From the NCBI RefSeq assembly GCF_000143415.4, contig NW_003314264.1, positions 3,833,229 through 3,897,228 on the forward strand: a DNA stretch of 64,000 nt. Reading direction: 5' to 3'. This document shows positions 22,609 through 35,913 of this stretch, piece by piece. A program made the translations under genes and the position numbers. The notes beneath the pieces were generated by a model that searched no databases, was not told where the DNA came from, and worked only from the letters and a program-made list of their open reading frames with translations. Source of the DNA: Selaginella moellendorffii (taxonomy: Eukaryota; Plantae; Lycopodiophyta). The first letter of the stretch is position 1, and each line of letters starts with the position of its first letter.

Positions 22609-24182
22609 ATGGCGACTTTGGCGCCCACATCGGGATTTCGCCTCGGCGGCAGCATTTTTCAGGCGAAGACGCGGAGATTTTCGCCGGTTCTTGTGTCGAG
22701 CAGGAGCGGCGGCGGCAATGCGGCGTCGGACATGGCAGTTTTTCTGGAGATCGACGGGTATGGAGGATAATTTCACTGTTTCAGTGCTTGAAAAGGGCTT
22801 GTTCTTCCTGGGCATAGAGTTGTGGCTGATTTGCACAGACACGGGCATCGGCAAAGCTTCAATGTAGGTACGAGATGTTTTTGTGGCTGTGAGCTGAAAA
22901 TCAAGCGGTATTTTTGACAGCTTTCCAGAGGCTGGGCCTCGACTGCGCGAATTGGACTGAGCCTGTCTACCTTGATCTTCTCAGGTTGCTTTTCCTTCTT
23001 CTGTTCTATTCTCCTCGTTTTTTCCGTGAACGAATTTCTCTGCAGGCAGGCAGGCAGTGATGAAACGCAAATGCTGACCACATTTTTCGATAGAGTATGT
23101 TTTCCCTTTTCATCGGTTTTGTTCTTTCGTTCTTTTGTAATGTTGGAAAGGATTCCAGATTGGATGGCCCATGTCGCTGCCAACGAATGAGAAGGACACA
23201 TTTGTAAGAAAGCTAATGGAATCCAAGGTACAATTCAATCTACAATTTGGTTTCTCTTTCTCTGACAGAATTGAAAACAACTGCTATCCATCAAGCAACA
23301 CGAACTGGAGACTCTGGCAGCATCGGATGCGATTCCAATTCGACCCGACTTAACGAGGTATGTAGCAGAGAGCCTTTCGTCACCTTTCATGTGTTTTCAC
23401 AGCTTTGTGGACGAGGCCATGGGCGAGCTCGTTCCCGTTGTCTTCATATCTTCCTACAGCAAGAGCGGAGAGCGGGTTGCAAGGTAGTCTTTTACGAAAA
23501 GACGAACATGAAATGGATCTTTGGTGTGACCACAACAGACTGCTACTCGACAAGCTGGGAATGGAGCGCCTCGACTACATCAAGATTGTTGGCTCGCACG
23601 AGGTGGAAAGCAGTGCGTATGGACAAGTTGTCCTCGGCCTCGGCGTTTCTTCCTCTCCAGATGAGCTCCTTGCCACCGAAGTCGCCAAAGCTGGTTTGTG
23701 TGACCTGGCTCTATACTTCGACTCACTACTCTTTTTCCACCAGTTTCCAGCGAGAAGCAAAGGCTTGCCAGTGAGGTTGCTTCCACCTTGAAACTTAAAG
23801 TCGATCTTGACACAACCTCTAGTGCACTGTATGGAAACTTCAAGTTTATATCGCTAAAACGTATCTAAGTTTTTGTTCCTTCCAGATTAAAGACAACAAT
23901 AGCAGCTCTAAGAGCCGCTGCTGAGACCGCTGGAGTGCCTATCGATCGGGGCATCCTTCTGGCTGGTGCCTATCTCGGCACAGAAGCAGCCAGTAGAATC
24001 AGCCTTCCCTGCGTTGTTGTACGAAGCAGGTTTGTGCTTCAAAGTTCTTTCTATCCAAACAGAATGAGTTTTTGTCATACAGTTTAACGGCTAGAGCGGA
24101 GTTTCCCCTTGCTAGAGCAACACTGGAAGGCTTTGGAGCTGGAGCTATAACTCTAAGTAGATTGCGGAAGTACCTGGCTTGA
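22609..24182 (+). CDS. CBBY-like HAD-superfamily hydrolase, probable plastid transit peptide, multi-exon
   Basis: AVFLEIDG...HRQSFNVAFQRLGLDCANWTEPVYLDL; KIVGSHEVESSAYGQVVLG; PCVVVRSSLTARAEFPLA...EGFGAG. Confidence 0.8.
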
Positions 24183-24234
24183 AATTCTACCCTGTAAGTT
24201 GTAAGCTATGTCAATATACACGAGCTTGGGCTTT

Positions 24235-25139
24235 CTAAACCACCGCTTCTGTGTGTTTCTCGTTCTTGATGTTCTTGATGAGATCGTTGGTTGATTGCTT
24301 CTGTGTGGACGAGACTGTTGGCAGGAAGAGGGCAGTGTAGATGAGAGCGGCTGCCGTCGCTCCCAGCAGCGGCGCGGCCCAGTAAATCCAGTGGTTCTTC
24401 CACTGCCCCGACCACAGTGCTGCTCCAAGTGATCTTGCCGGGTTCATCGATGCTCCAGTGACGGGCACCCCAACGAGGTGGTCAACAAGTACCGCCATGC
24501 CAATTGTGAGGGGCGCTATAGTCGAGGGGCCTTTTTTGTCCACCGCGGTTCCAAAGATAACGTATACCAGCACGAAGGTGAGCAGCGCTTCCAGTCCGAA
24601 GGCTTCGATGACTGTGAACTTGGAATTAACAGCATGAGCTCCAAAGTGTCCCTGCAAAGTTGCGATGAGAAATGTAAAGTTGCGTGGAGTTGTACAATGA
24701 GACTTACGGCGATGGCAGATGGAAACTCGCGGTAGAATCCAGCACCGAGCACTGCTCCTGCCAGCTGAGAGATCCAATACATGAGACCTTTGATGATGCT
24801 CATGTTGCCGCTCATCATGAAGCCGAACGAGACAGCCGGGTTAAGGTGGCCTCCAGAAACTCCAGCGGTTGCGGCTACGAGGATAGCGATCGCGAAGCCA
24901 TGCGCGATGGCTATAACGAGAAGCCTGGCAGAGTTAAGCTGGTCATCCACGATTCCTGCACGAAAAGTTTTCGCGTAAGTTCATGATTGTCAAAAGATAA
25001 AACAAAACAGACCCGAGGACACGACAGATCCGCATCCGAGGAATACGAACAGGAACGTCCCGATGAACTCTGCAGCACAGCCAAGGAGTGTTGTTGGAGA
25101 GAAGGGGTCTCTCACTCCCAAGCTCCAGCTTCTCAACAT
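24235..25139 (-). CDS. HIP1: Aquaporin, hybrid intrinsic protein (HIP) subfamily, 3 exons
   Basis: AEFIGTFLFVF; SGGHLNPAVS and TGASMNPARS. ar/R filter reads H (AIAHG), H (VDHLV), A, R, which is the HIP signature. Confidence 0.85.
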
Positions 25140-25594
25140 GATGGTTGATGAGGCAAAAGCTTCTCTCTAGTTGAGGTCGCTCCACACCAAGGAACTGCAA
25201 CGAGGAGAGCTAAGGTCCCAGAACTTATATACGTCCCCAAGGCGCTTTGTTTGTTTGTAGCCCTCTATCTGCGATCGATGGACTATTCCCGAGTCGGCCG
25301 AGCAGGGTCCACGTGGAGGACCGACCGTTAAGAACTGAGCTCCCGGAATAATTCTGCCAATGTTCCATGCTTCATAAGTCCATGCTGTAATGGCCAACCA
25401 GCCGCCCTGACTGGGCCCTTGCCTTGAATTCGTTCTTCTTCATGCGCTGCTCGTTCATTGAAATGCTCCTTAGATAGATTCGAATACCCCTGATTGCAAA
25501 ACAACGAAAGTCGAAAGTCTATAGCGAAGGATTCAAAAGCAAGAATGATGAAAACCTGCTTTTAAGTTCTCGGCTGAGCAATAGTAGCTCTCTC

Positions 25595-28500
25595 TCACGA
25601 GCACGATGGCGATGGTGATGACGATGAAGATGACGTCGAGGATGATGTTCTCCGTCTCTTCGACTTGTGGCGTTTATGTCTTTCCTTCCTTTCTCTTCTC
25701 TGCAATAATGCGTAACGTAATTCAGTCGCACGCTTAGTGCTAATACCAAAGGACCTTACTTTTCGTTTGCTCCGTTCTTTGGAAGACTCCTCCCTCCTGT
25801 CCCTGCTCTTGTCCTTCCTTTTGTCACGGGACCGGCGTTGATCTTTATCGTCCTTAGTAGTGGCGTGGTCCTCGGGTTCACTTGTGTACTGCGCATCCTT
25901 GGCTTGTGCTTTCTCGTCTCTCTCTTTCTGAATATCGGCTTTCGGTTCCTCTCCTTTCCGAGACGGTTTAACGAATTTAATATGACCCTTTGGAATGTCT
26001 TGAGGTTGTCCGCTTGAAGTGTCCTCAGTAGTTTGTCCTTTTGAAATGTCCTCAGGTTGTCCTCCTGAAGTGTCCTGAGTAGTTTGTCCTTTTGAACTGT
26101 CTTCAGGTGCCTTAACTGGAACAGGCATGGGAGGAGGAACTGCAAGTCCCAATTCCTTTCCAAGTGACTCCAAAAAGTCATCCGCCACCAAGCGTGTTAA
26201 AGCTGCATTCGCAGCATCTACGTTTTTCACCGGTTGGCTTGGAGCTTCTTCCTCTTCATCATCAGAAAAGATAGCCTGCCACCATTCACGTTAGATAAAT
26301 ATCCAATTTGACGAGGAATAATACCTTGTAAAGATCAACGGGCTTTTCTGCAATTTTCTCCTCGGGTTCCTGTTGTTCACCCTCATCAACAGGAGGTGTG
26401 CTTTCCCTTTGCACTTCTTCAACTTTAGCAGCACTTCCAATAGCTTCAGTAATCTTCGAGGAAAACAGACTCTCTGACGGCGTAGCAAGCGTCAAAGACT
26501 CTATCCGGCTCTTTGGTTTCGCTAGAGAAGACTGCAAGACGATGTAACATTCAGAATAATAGGCAAAAAGATACTGAGGCGCACCTGTCCAGTGTATGGA
26601 TCTAGCACGTCGAAACGTTTGCAGAGAAGTGGAAGAGGTCTCCATGGCTCCTCAGTCCTCCTAGGATAAGACAAGGATGTGGAAGGCTGAGGTGCATAGC
26701 TTGTTGATGGAACTGATAGTTGATTTGGTGATTGCTGTTCCTCGATGCTTTCTGAGGAAAAAACGAATATGTAAGCTTTAATGTGCTAAGAGATTGACAT
26801 GATACACACTTACTTACAAATTTGCCTGCCTGTTCAACACCCCCGGACGTGAATCTGTCACTTGAGGCAGCCAACTTGCCAAGTAAATTTGCACCCGACG
26901 ATGAAACAGTTCCTCTAGCAGCATGTGCAACAGCCTCAAACTCAAGAATTTCCTGCGCACGTTGGGCTTCTGTCAGCTGTTGAGCACCTTTGTTCATTTT
27001 TCTTAAACCCCCGGTGTACTTATCCTTAAGAAACTGCTCATAGCGTGCTTGCTTAGCAGGGTCATCCTCGAAAGGTAGACGATTTGTCTTAGTTGGCTGC
27101 AAGACTACAAAGTAAGTGAAAAAGCATACTATCATCGAGCCTACCTCTGCAGATGGCTTCATGAAAGTGTTATTGAGTGTCGCCTGTAACCGAGCACGAT
27201 CTTCAGCGGGAATAGCCGGCAGCGCTGATTTTTGCAGAGGCATCTCCCCAAGAGCTTGACCACGTTCGCTTGCACCAAGCTTCGGCCTATCTCGATTAGA
27301 TTGAATCTGCAAACCACGCTTCGATCGTTCTTCCCATAGCCTCCTTGTATAGTAGTCACCACCCATCCCCCCAAAAAGAAACTGAAACAAAGGATTTTCT
27401 TTGTTCTTCTCTTTGGAGAGAGCTTCAAGTTGAGTTCCACTCCTTGCCACAAGAATTGCCATGCCGTCTATCAGCTTCACAAGAGTTTTATCTTCCGGCT
27501 GTGGTGCTTCGAGTGGGGTATTGTCAGATTGTGATTGTGATAGATCCAAGGCTGCAACGAACTTGTGAACTGGAACGTAGTCAGGAGGAACCACAGGAGG
27601 GTGAAACCTGATATATGAAACAGTACGTGAGCATAAACAGTAATGAAAATGCATACTACAAACCATTCTGCTTGGTAAGTGTTCTCGCTAGCAAGTTTGA
27701 ATCCCGGCAAAGCATCTTTTCCAACTGCCACAGTCGGAAGCCTTGGCCTTGGTGCTTTTCTCTCTATTTTTTCTAGCCGCTCTAGCTCTTCATCTTCGAG
27801 TACCATCATCTCAGGATGAGGACCTTAGGAGAAAGAAAAGGCAAAAGAAATTAGCTGAAAGTCCCAAGTATACATTTACAACCTGTTGCATAGACGTCCT
27901 CATCTTCATCCCCCATCTCCTCAAGGGCTCCTATGCCGAAGCCCTTCGACATTGTCACAGCTGCAAAGTGCCACGGTTTTAGATTTTATAAAGCAAGGAT
28001 CGAATTACCATTTGGACGAAGCGTTCTCCGCTTGACTTTGTCCTTATCATCATCCAGCCGATAGTCCTTGGCATCTGCAGCCATCGCATTATCATCTGAA
28101 GAGAAAGAAACAACGAATGCCTACGTCGAAATTCAGGAGCACTTTGAAACGGATCAAATCCCAAGCCATGAACGTTGTCCTTTATTTTCCTGACAAAGTC
28201 CTGCACGGAAACACAAACATGATGTCTGCAAAATCGCCACAAGCAAACAGCTTACAGGAACACTAGTTGGTGGCAAATCCAATTGTTCCTCTGCAGTTTC
28301 ACTATCTTCCAATGATGGACCAGCATCTTGTGAGCTACTGCCTGCACTAGCTAGAGCCAGCATAGCTTTCCTGCCTTCTCTTTTAACCTCTGCAAATGCC
28401 CGCAGTTAGCAATCATTAGAAAAAAAGAGCCGTACTATTACCTGAAGAGGCTGCTATGTGTTTCGGGCCAATACCCCGACCATGTCGCCATCCCATTTTC

Positions 28501-29221
28501 CTTAGCAGCTTCACACCAATAGAATCTGTCGGAGGTACGATTATCTCATCCGGCACAAACCCCGGAATAACAGCAGGCCTAGAACGTAAATCTTGAGGAA
28601 AAATCACGAGAAACGATGCGTACCTGTTCGTTTCTTGAGTAGCTTCACGCCGAGCATACTCCGCTGCAGTGAAACCGAACGTGTCGAATTCTTGAGCAGT
28701 TCCAATTTGCTTAGAATCCATCTCCTGCAAACGGGTTTCCAAGGCGGCCATTAAGCGGACTCAGCTCTAAAGTTCCTACAATGCGTACCCTTCGTTCTTC
28801 ATCATCCATATAATCATAGGCGCTGTGTTGTCGCATATCAGCTCGACTTCCTCGCGACGACTTGAAAGTTTTTGGCTCCCATCCTTGAAATCAAAAACGT
28901 TTAAGCACACATAACGAATGAAACATTTCTCTTACCGTCTTTGGACCCGACAGTGTTGAAGTACCCAGCAGAGAAGCCTCCCGTAAACGCTCCATGGAAT
29001 CTCCTGCGGCCCTCGCTATCACGAGCCTAGACACGAAATTTTCAGCAAGAGAAGCGAGAAGAACACATCGATCTTACATCCTGCTTCCACACGGGCTGCT
29101 GCTGGCGAAGCGTCCCCTTATCCAGCGCCTTAGCGCGTTTGCGAGCCGAGAGCTCATCGGAATTCTCGAGTGGAGTGCCATAGACCACCAGGGCGCTTCC
29201 ATCGTCATCGCCTCGCCCCAT
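25595..29221 (-). CDS. TGH: G-patch/SWAP domain protein TOUGH (GPATCH1 orthologue; miRNA biogenesis factor)
   Basis: VYGTPLE...PVWKQD...[27 protein letters not shown]; G-patch [20 protein letters not shown]; HGLGFDPF; SWAP domain ([19 protein letters not shown]); [16 protein letters not shown]; K/R/S-rich tail. Confidence 0.93.
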
Positions 29222-29307
29222 TAAATCCCAGCCCTAAAACAAGAACCCGACCAAAACCCTAATACAAAAGGGGGAAAGAAAGCTAGTTTCGTGCGATCGA
29301 TCGAGCG

Positions 29308-30576
29308 ATGGCGGAGGACGGCGACTACACGGCGGCACTGCGCGGCAGCAACAGCGATCAGTGGCAAGCATTGAAGCCTCCAGCTCCAGCGGCGCCTAGG
29401 TTTGGCGGCAATCCAGGAGCTGGTGGATCATCTTCTTCTTCCGACGGTGCGTGCTACCGCTGCGGGCAAGCTGGCCACTGGTCCCGCGATTGCTCGATGC
29501 GCCCGGCGGGAAATGCAAGTGGAATCCAGCCTCCTCCCGCGATGAATCTCTCCTCCAAGTCTTGCCCTTGTGGAGCTGGGATGTGCGTTCTTCGCACGTC
29601 CAATACTGCGAAAAATCCCGGCCGCCAGTTTCTCACTTGTCCAGCTCCACAGGTAAGCTTCTTTCTTTCTTTTATGTTCTCGCTATAGAACGTAAAGTTC
29701 TTCGTGAAACCATTGGTTCTTTCACGGTTTCTTTAACCTTGTCAACTTTCGCTAACACGTAGTTCTTGCTTGATAGGGCGCGAAGTGCAGCTTCTTCGAG
29801 TGGTGCGATGCCGCAGGAGCACCCTCTACGAATCAGCCACCGCAGGCACAGCAGCCCGGCGAGCCCGAGTTGAAATGCCGCAACTGTAACCAACCTTGCG
29901 TGGTATTCACAGCCAGGACCGAGAAGAACTCCGGCCGCCGGTTCTACAAATGCGTAAGAACCTGTTTTCTTGTGCTTAAAAGCCTTCGATGGATGGTGTA
30001 GAAAAAAGAGGACTGCCACTTTTTCAAGTGGTGTGACGAAGCGTTCGCTCCCTCCTCGTCCCCCGGCTATAAGCCTCCTGCTGGCTATGGAGGCGCGAAC
30101 TACACTGGAGCAGGATATGGAGGTGCTTCTCCCGGCTATGTGAACCCAGGTATCATCCACCACTACTCACCTCTAATAAATCATTTTGCTTAAGCAGGAG
30201 TATATGGAGGCCATGAAAACGTTTCCTCCGGCTATGGCGGTCCAGGTACCATTGAAACACAGAAAAAGCATTCACTTTCGAAACCTGTATAGGCTTTGGA
30301 GGGCCAAACAACACCGAAGGAGGATATGGCGGTCATGGCTACGGTGGCTCTGGTACCTCTCGACTCTCGTGAAAATGCTTTCAGTCCCAGGCTTTTTTGC
30401 AGGGCCAACATACTCGGGAGGATACGGGGCCCGTGGAAACGCCTCTTCCGGCTATGCACGCTCAGGTACCATCTCTCGACCGGTATAAAACTTCCAGCGA
30501 TTTACAAGCTCCTGCAGGCGATGGACACCCGAGCGCCAGTTATGGTCGTGGATACGGAGACTATGGAAACGCGTAG
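29308..30576 (+). CDS. CCHC zinc knuckle plus two GRF zinc fingers plus Gly/Tyr-rich tail protein
   Basis: CYRCGQAGHWSRDC; CPCGAGMC...TAKNPGRQFLTC...CSFFEWCD; CRNCNQPC...TEKNSGRRFYKC...CHFFKWCD; then several short G/Y-rich exons ending GYGDYGNA*. Confidence 0.8.
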
Positions 30577-30738
30577 CTTGCTGAAGCGATCTAGAGATAT
30601 GGATTGAGAGAGGATAGTAGAGAGAAGAATGCTCGTCGAAAGTTTAAAGGTTTGCTGTTAATATTTTGCCCCGGTTTTAATGTATCGCATTTTGGTTCTA
30701 TCTTCTCTGTTTTCTAGGGCTTTCCTTGTGAGGGAAAA

Positions 30739-31492
30739 ATGCAGTCTCTCCGAAGAGCGTGGTCATGGCTCAGGCGTCGCCAACAAGAAGACCAAGGGCC
30801 TCAGCTTTCGGCGGAGGACATGGGTTACTACACGGAGAATTCTTTCTTCTCGGCGCGTGAAGTTGCTGTGCTCTACAAAAAATTTCACGTAAGCTTTTTC
30901 TTCCGTCTCTGTTCTTGATGGTTGGATTCGTTTTTTTTCTTTTTCTTTTTTTTCTTGTCCCCAGGCAATGTGCAAGGAGGGATGGAATGTGCTCACTCAC
31001 GAGGATCTAACGTCCATTGAGGAGATGCTCGCAAATCCATTTGCTCCGAGAATTCTCGAGCTTTTCAGCGAGGACGGAAGCGGGTTCCTGACTTTCGAGA
31101 AATTCGTAAACATGGCGGGCGTGTTCTCCGCAAAGTCGCCACCCGAGGTGAAAATGATATGGGCGTTTGCGCTGTGGGATTTCGACGGCGACGACGTCAT
31201 TGGAGATGGTAAGGCTCTCGACGTTTTTGGTCTCAAAGCTTTGCTTTAAGCTGTTTTAGAAAGCCTTGCAGACGATCTAAAGCAAGGGATCTCTCTCATC
31301 ACGCAAACTGACGAAAGCTCCAATCCTTCGGCTCTTGCCACCCTTGGAGAAGAGCAGATTGACGAGGTCGTGTCCAGAGTCCTGCAAGAGATCGATCCAA
31401 ACAACTACGGGCTAAACTATGCGGACTTCCGAAAAGTGCTACAGAGAATGCCGGATTTCATCAATAACTTCCACATGAACTTTATTGCTTGA
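30739..31492 (+). CDS. CIB (calcium- and integrin-binding)/calcineurin-B-like EF-hand protein, 3 exons
   Basis: LSAEDMGYYTENSFFSAREV; EMLANPFAPRILELFSEDGSGFLTFEKFV; KMIWAFALWDFDGDDVIGDDDL; DFRKVLQRMPDFINNFHM. Confidence 0.8.
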
Positions 31493-31707
31493 GTGCGTAA
31501 GTAGCTACACGTCAGCTTTTCCTCCTAATCTTTTGTTATTGCGAAGGGCCGTTCGTCATTTCTACAGTGGCCGCCACACAAAGGATACTTCGTCTGATCA
31601 TACCCCGTCCTTGCGCCCGTTGCTGCCTAGTTGAAAGTATAAAGGGGATTTCTTGCAACGCTCCTCAAGCGTATTTCTCTCTGTTCTTTCCATTGATCCA
31701 CAGACGC

Positions 31708-32712
<1,005 letters not shown>

Positions 32713-32855
32713 TGTTCTTTCCGGCTGGGAATGTCCAGGCGATAGGAATGTAAGCCGACGGACCAGATCGTTTGGAGGATTCTGGGAAGTGACAATATAA
32801 AGATCTCTTTGAGCCAAACCCCTATTTGCGTGTTCATTTGGTGGAGAGAGCGGCG

Positions 32856-33529
32856 ATGGCGTCCTCGGCTGTGGAAGAGGGTGCTGTGTCTGCGTCTGGC
32901 GCCGTCATTGGCGATGCTCCTGGCCATGGCGCTCCCGGTGAGATATTTCGCCCTTCGATCTTGATTGCTTTGTGTCGCCATTGAAATTTCGATCTCTTTC
33001 ATCGATATCTTGCATGCACTTGCAGATCGTGTAGCCCGGGTGCTAGATCGGCTCGTTTTGAGTGCTAGATCGTCTTTGTCGGCGCTAAGTTTCTGTCGGT
33101 TTGATTTCAGGAAAGAAAGATGGCGAAGAAGCTCCGGCTGTCAAGAAGGAAGAAACTTCCGCCGTCGAAGCCAAGGTAATGCCACTTCATGTCTTTGATC
33201 TTCCAGAAAGAAATCTTGCGCAGGAAAAATCCCTGGAGAATGCTCCGGCTGTCGAATCCAAGGTAACGACATTTCTTTTCTTTGATCTCCCCTTGTGGAC
33301 AGGACGAAATCTTAATCAGGACAAAGCGCTGGACCTGGGTGTCAACACGGATGTGAACACAGTGAAAGCACCTGGCTTTATGGAGCGTACCATGGAGGAA
33401 GTCGAGGCCGTGGCGGAGGCTCTTCACGAGAAGCTCGATCTCAAGGGGACCAATGACGAGAACAAGGACCAGAATGAAGAACGCGACGGCATTTTCAAGC
33501 GGCTTCTAAAGAAGATTGGCTTCAAGTGA
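32856..33529 (+). CDS. Small hydrophilic plant protein of unknown function, 4 exons
   Basis: Spliced model MASSAVEEG...GKKDGEEAPAV...VNTVKAPGFMERTMEEVEAVAEALH. It resembles the plant 'VKAPNxxERxKEExEA' motif. Introns are GT-AG. Confidence 0.6.
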
Positions 33530-33824
33530 GCGGACTCGCTGGACATGCCGGTCAGTATCTCTCTTTAGCTTATCTTTGTCTTGTGTTTCTAACGTTCTCT
33601 GTGTATCATTTGCAGCTTGCGTCTTAGGCTTTTAAACGTGTATAGAAAAGACTTCGGGCTCTCTGTTTTGTTTTGTACTGTGATTTGTTTTCACTCAACA
33701 CGATGCTACAAATTAAACAAAGGTACTGTCCTTGAGGCTGCGATCTTTTGTGACCACTTCCACTTCTCGGCAACGTAATCCAGGTTTATTATGGTTCTTT
33801 TTTTACTAAACAATTGACTGTCGT

Positions 33825-35913
33825 TCAAGAGTAGGAGTGACGTCTATCTCTGCTCGGCTTCTGGGAATGACTTCCTTCGGATGCTTTGGAAAAGGAGTCG
33901 GACTCTTTGGAGCTTCTTCTACTGAACGGGTTGAGGCGATGAAGTCGCCTGGAAACAGTTTGCGCGAGCTTAGCTGAGCTGGTTGTTTTCTCGATGTCCT
34001 GTTTCATGTTGTTGTGACTTTTTTCCAGCTCCGACAGACGCATTCTCATCCGTGCGATCTCTAGCTTGAGCTCGCGGTTCTCCCGTCTCAAGGACGAGTA
34101 GTTGTCTCGGGGAGACATTGCAGCACTCACAGTACCACTTGGTCCACCTCGGCCACCAGAAAAGTGAGACAGGTTCGGGTCGTCCATAAACAACGTGCTT
34201 CCCATTTCCGTTCTTATTCTCACTTGCTCGAAGTAGAGAACCTGAATCGCAAAGTGCGCGGGCAGCCTTTCGTTCTGAGCTGCATGGCAGCATGCTTCTT
34301 GGGACAACTTCTGAGCGCTGAGTAATCTGCAAATTTTCTTCCTCTCCTGCTCACCTAGATTCGGATGTGCCTGGAAGATTCAAACTGAGGCAGTCAGGTA
34401 CTGAAAGGTTTCTTTGAAGCTCCCTTACCTTGAGATAAATGTCTACTGCTCTGTACAGGCCGTCGTCAATCGCTCGGGCATAATCTGGCAAAAGTTCTCC
34501 TATCGCTACGAACTTGTTGACCTTCAAGTTGGCATCTGGCGCAATCTCGGCCAAGTAGCCATCCATCAACTTGGCCACTTTAGAAACTGATGTCTGCGTC
34601 GGCGTAGCAAGACCATCCGACTCGTAAGTAGTTTGAGCCTCAGGCAAGTCATCATTCTCATGCTGCTGTATGAAGTTGGTCAGGATCCGCTGCACTATGT
34701 CAACGTCAAACAGCGTTTCCCCGTTGTAAGAAAAAGATGGCACAAGCAGGTCGTCCAGAGTTGCCTGGTCCAGCTGCAACGCGATTCTCTTCTCTATGTC
34801 TAGCCTGCAAGCGACCGTCGTATCGAGAATGATGGCCGTCCGGAGCAAACCGAACAAGAAGCTGCACGACGCTATGTTCTTCTCTCGAGGTAGCAAGCTG
34901 ACAATTGTCTCGACTAAGATTCTCTGCTCGTGCTCCAGGGCCGCAGTATTTTCCTGGACTTTCATCAAGCCTCGACCGCCAGTCGGAGCTCTATTGAGGC
35001 CCTTCAGCGACTGCTGAGCGTAGTGCATGAGAGTCCCCCAGAGGCTCTCCTCTCGCACGCCTTTGGACTTCATCGCTTCCAGGACCCTCTGGTAGAAATC
35101 TATCCGCAGCAGCGACAGGTCCTCGGCCCACCACTCCGTGAAGGCAGACTTTGGAAGTGTGGCATTCGGCTTGCCTTTGCTGCCCAACCGGCCAGAGCTA
35201 CCGTAGTCCGAGCCGGAGAGGCTGGAAGCTGGCTTCTGATCCTTGCAAGCGATTGACGCGATGGCATCGATGCACCTGGAGACGAGATTGTTGTCCTCGG
35301 CAATCGGGAGGAGCTCCTCGCAGCTGTGCAGCACACACAGAGAATTGGCGAAGCTGGGTAAGACAACCTCGTTGACAAACGCTTCTGTTCTTCCCAGCAA
35401 GTTTCCTTGCCCGTACTCATCCTTCATTTCCAGGTACTCGGCGGCACAGCGCAGCGCAGCCACATTTGCGGTGGTGATCTCGAAGTTGATGCCGTAGCAG
35501 AACTTGGCGGCCAGCTCGAAAGTCTCGGCTCCTCCGGGAACGTCTGGGAACTCGATGCGGGAGAGGTCCATCTCCCGCGCCTCGGCCACCGCCCGCCTGA
35601 TACGCCCGCATCGAGCAACCAAGGGGAACTGCCAAGCCAAGTTCGCTCATTGGTAAGTCCAAGATCTCTGTTTGAGAGAAGTTTCTCACGCTTTCTTTCA
35701 TTACCTTGTGAAGGGAAAAGCTGGTGCCGGCTGCCTCAACTACGACGTCTGTGGGAACGTCTGCGGACATGATCCTGCGCAAATAGGGGGTAAGATTTCT
35801 TCTCTTTCTGCTGCCTCTCTACTTCGTACTCACCATTGCCCAGTTCTTTTCTTGTTGTAGGAAGTCCGGGACACCAAGCGTTTGCTCTCCTGTTTCGGCA
35901 TGACGCCCACCAT
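33825..35913 (-). CDS. NPH3/RPT2-like (NRL) BTB/POZ domain protein
   Basis: DVPTDVVVE...FSLHKFPLV; PGGAETFELAAKFCYG; WWAEDL; LDQATLDDLL; DDGLYRAVDIYLK; HAAQNERLP; C-terminal coiled coil. Confidence 0.95.

Noticed and set aside
7540-30576. An RNA-processing gene cluster (PPR, OZ, TOUGH, CCHC/GRF, eIF3f, RPL12)
   Set aside because: The genes are interspersed with unrelated ones and act in different compartments. These classes are common, so co-location is plausibly chance without synteny or co-expression data.
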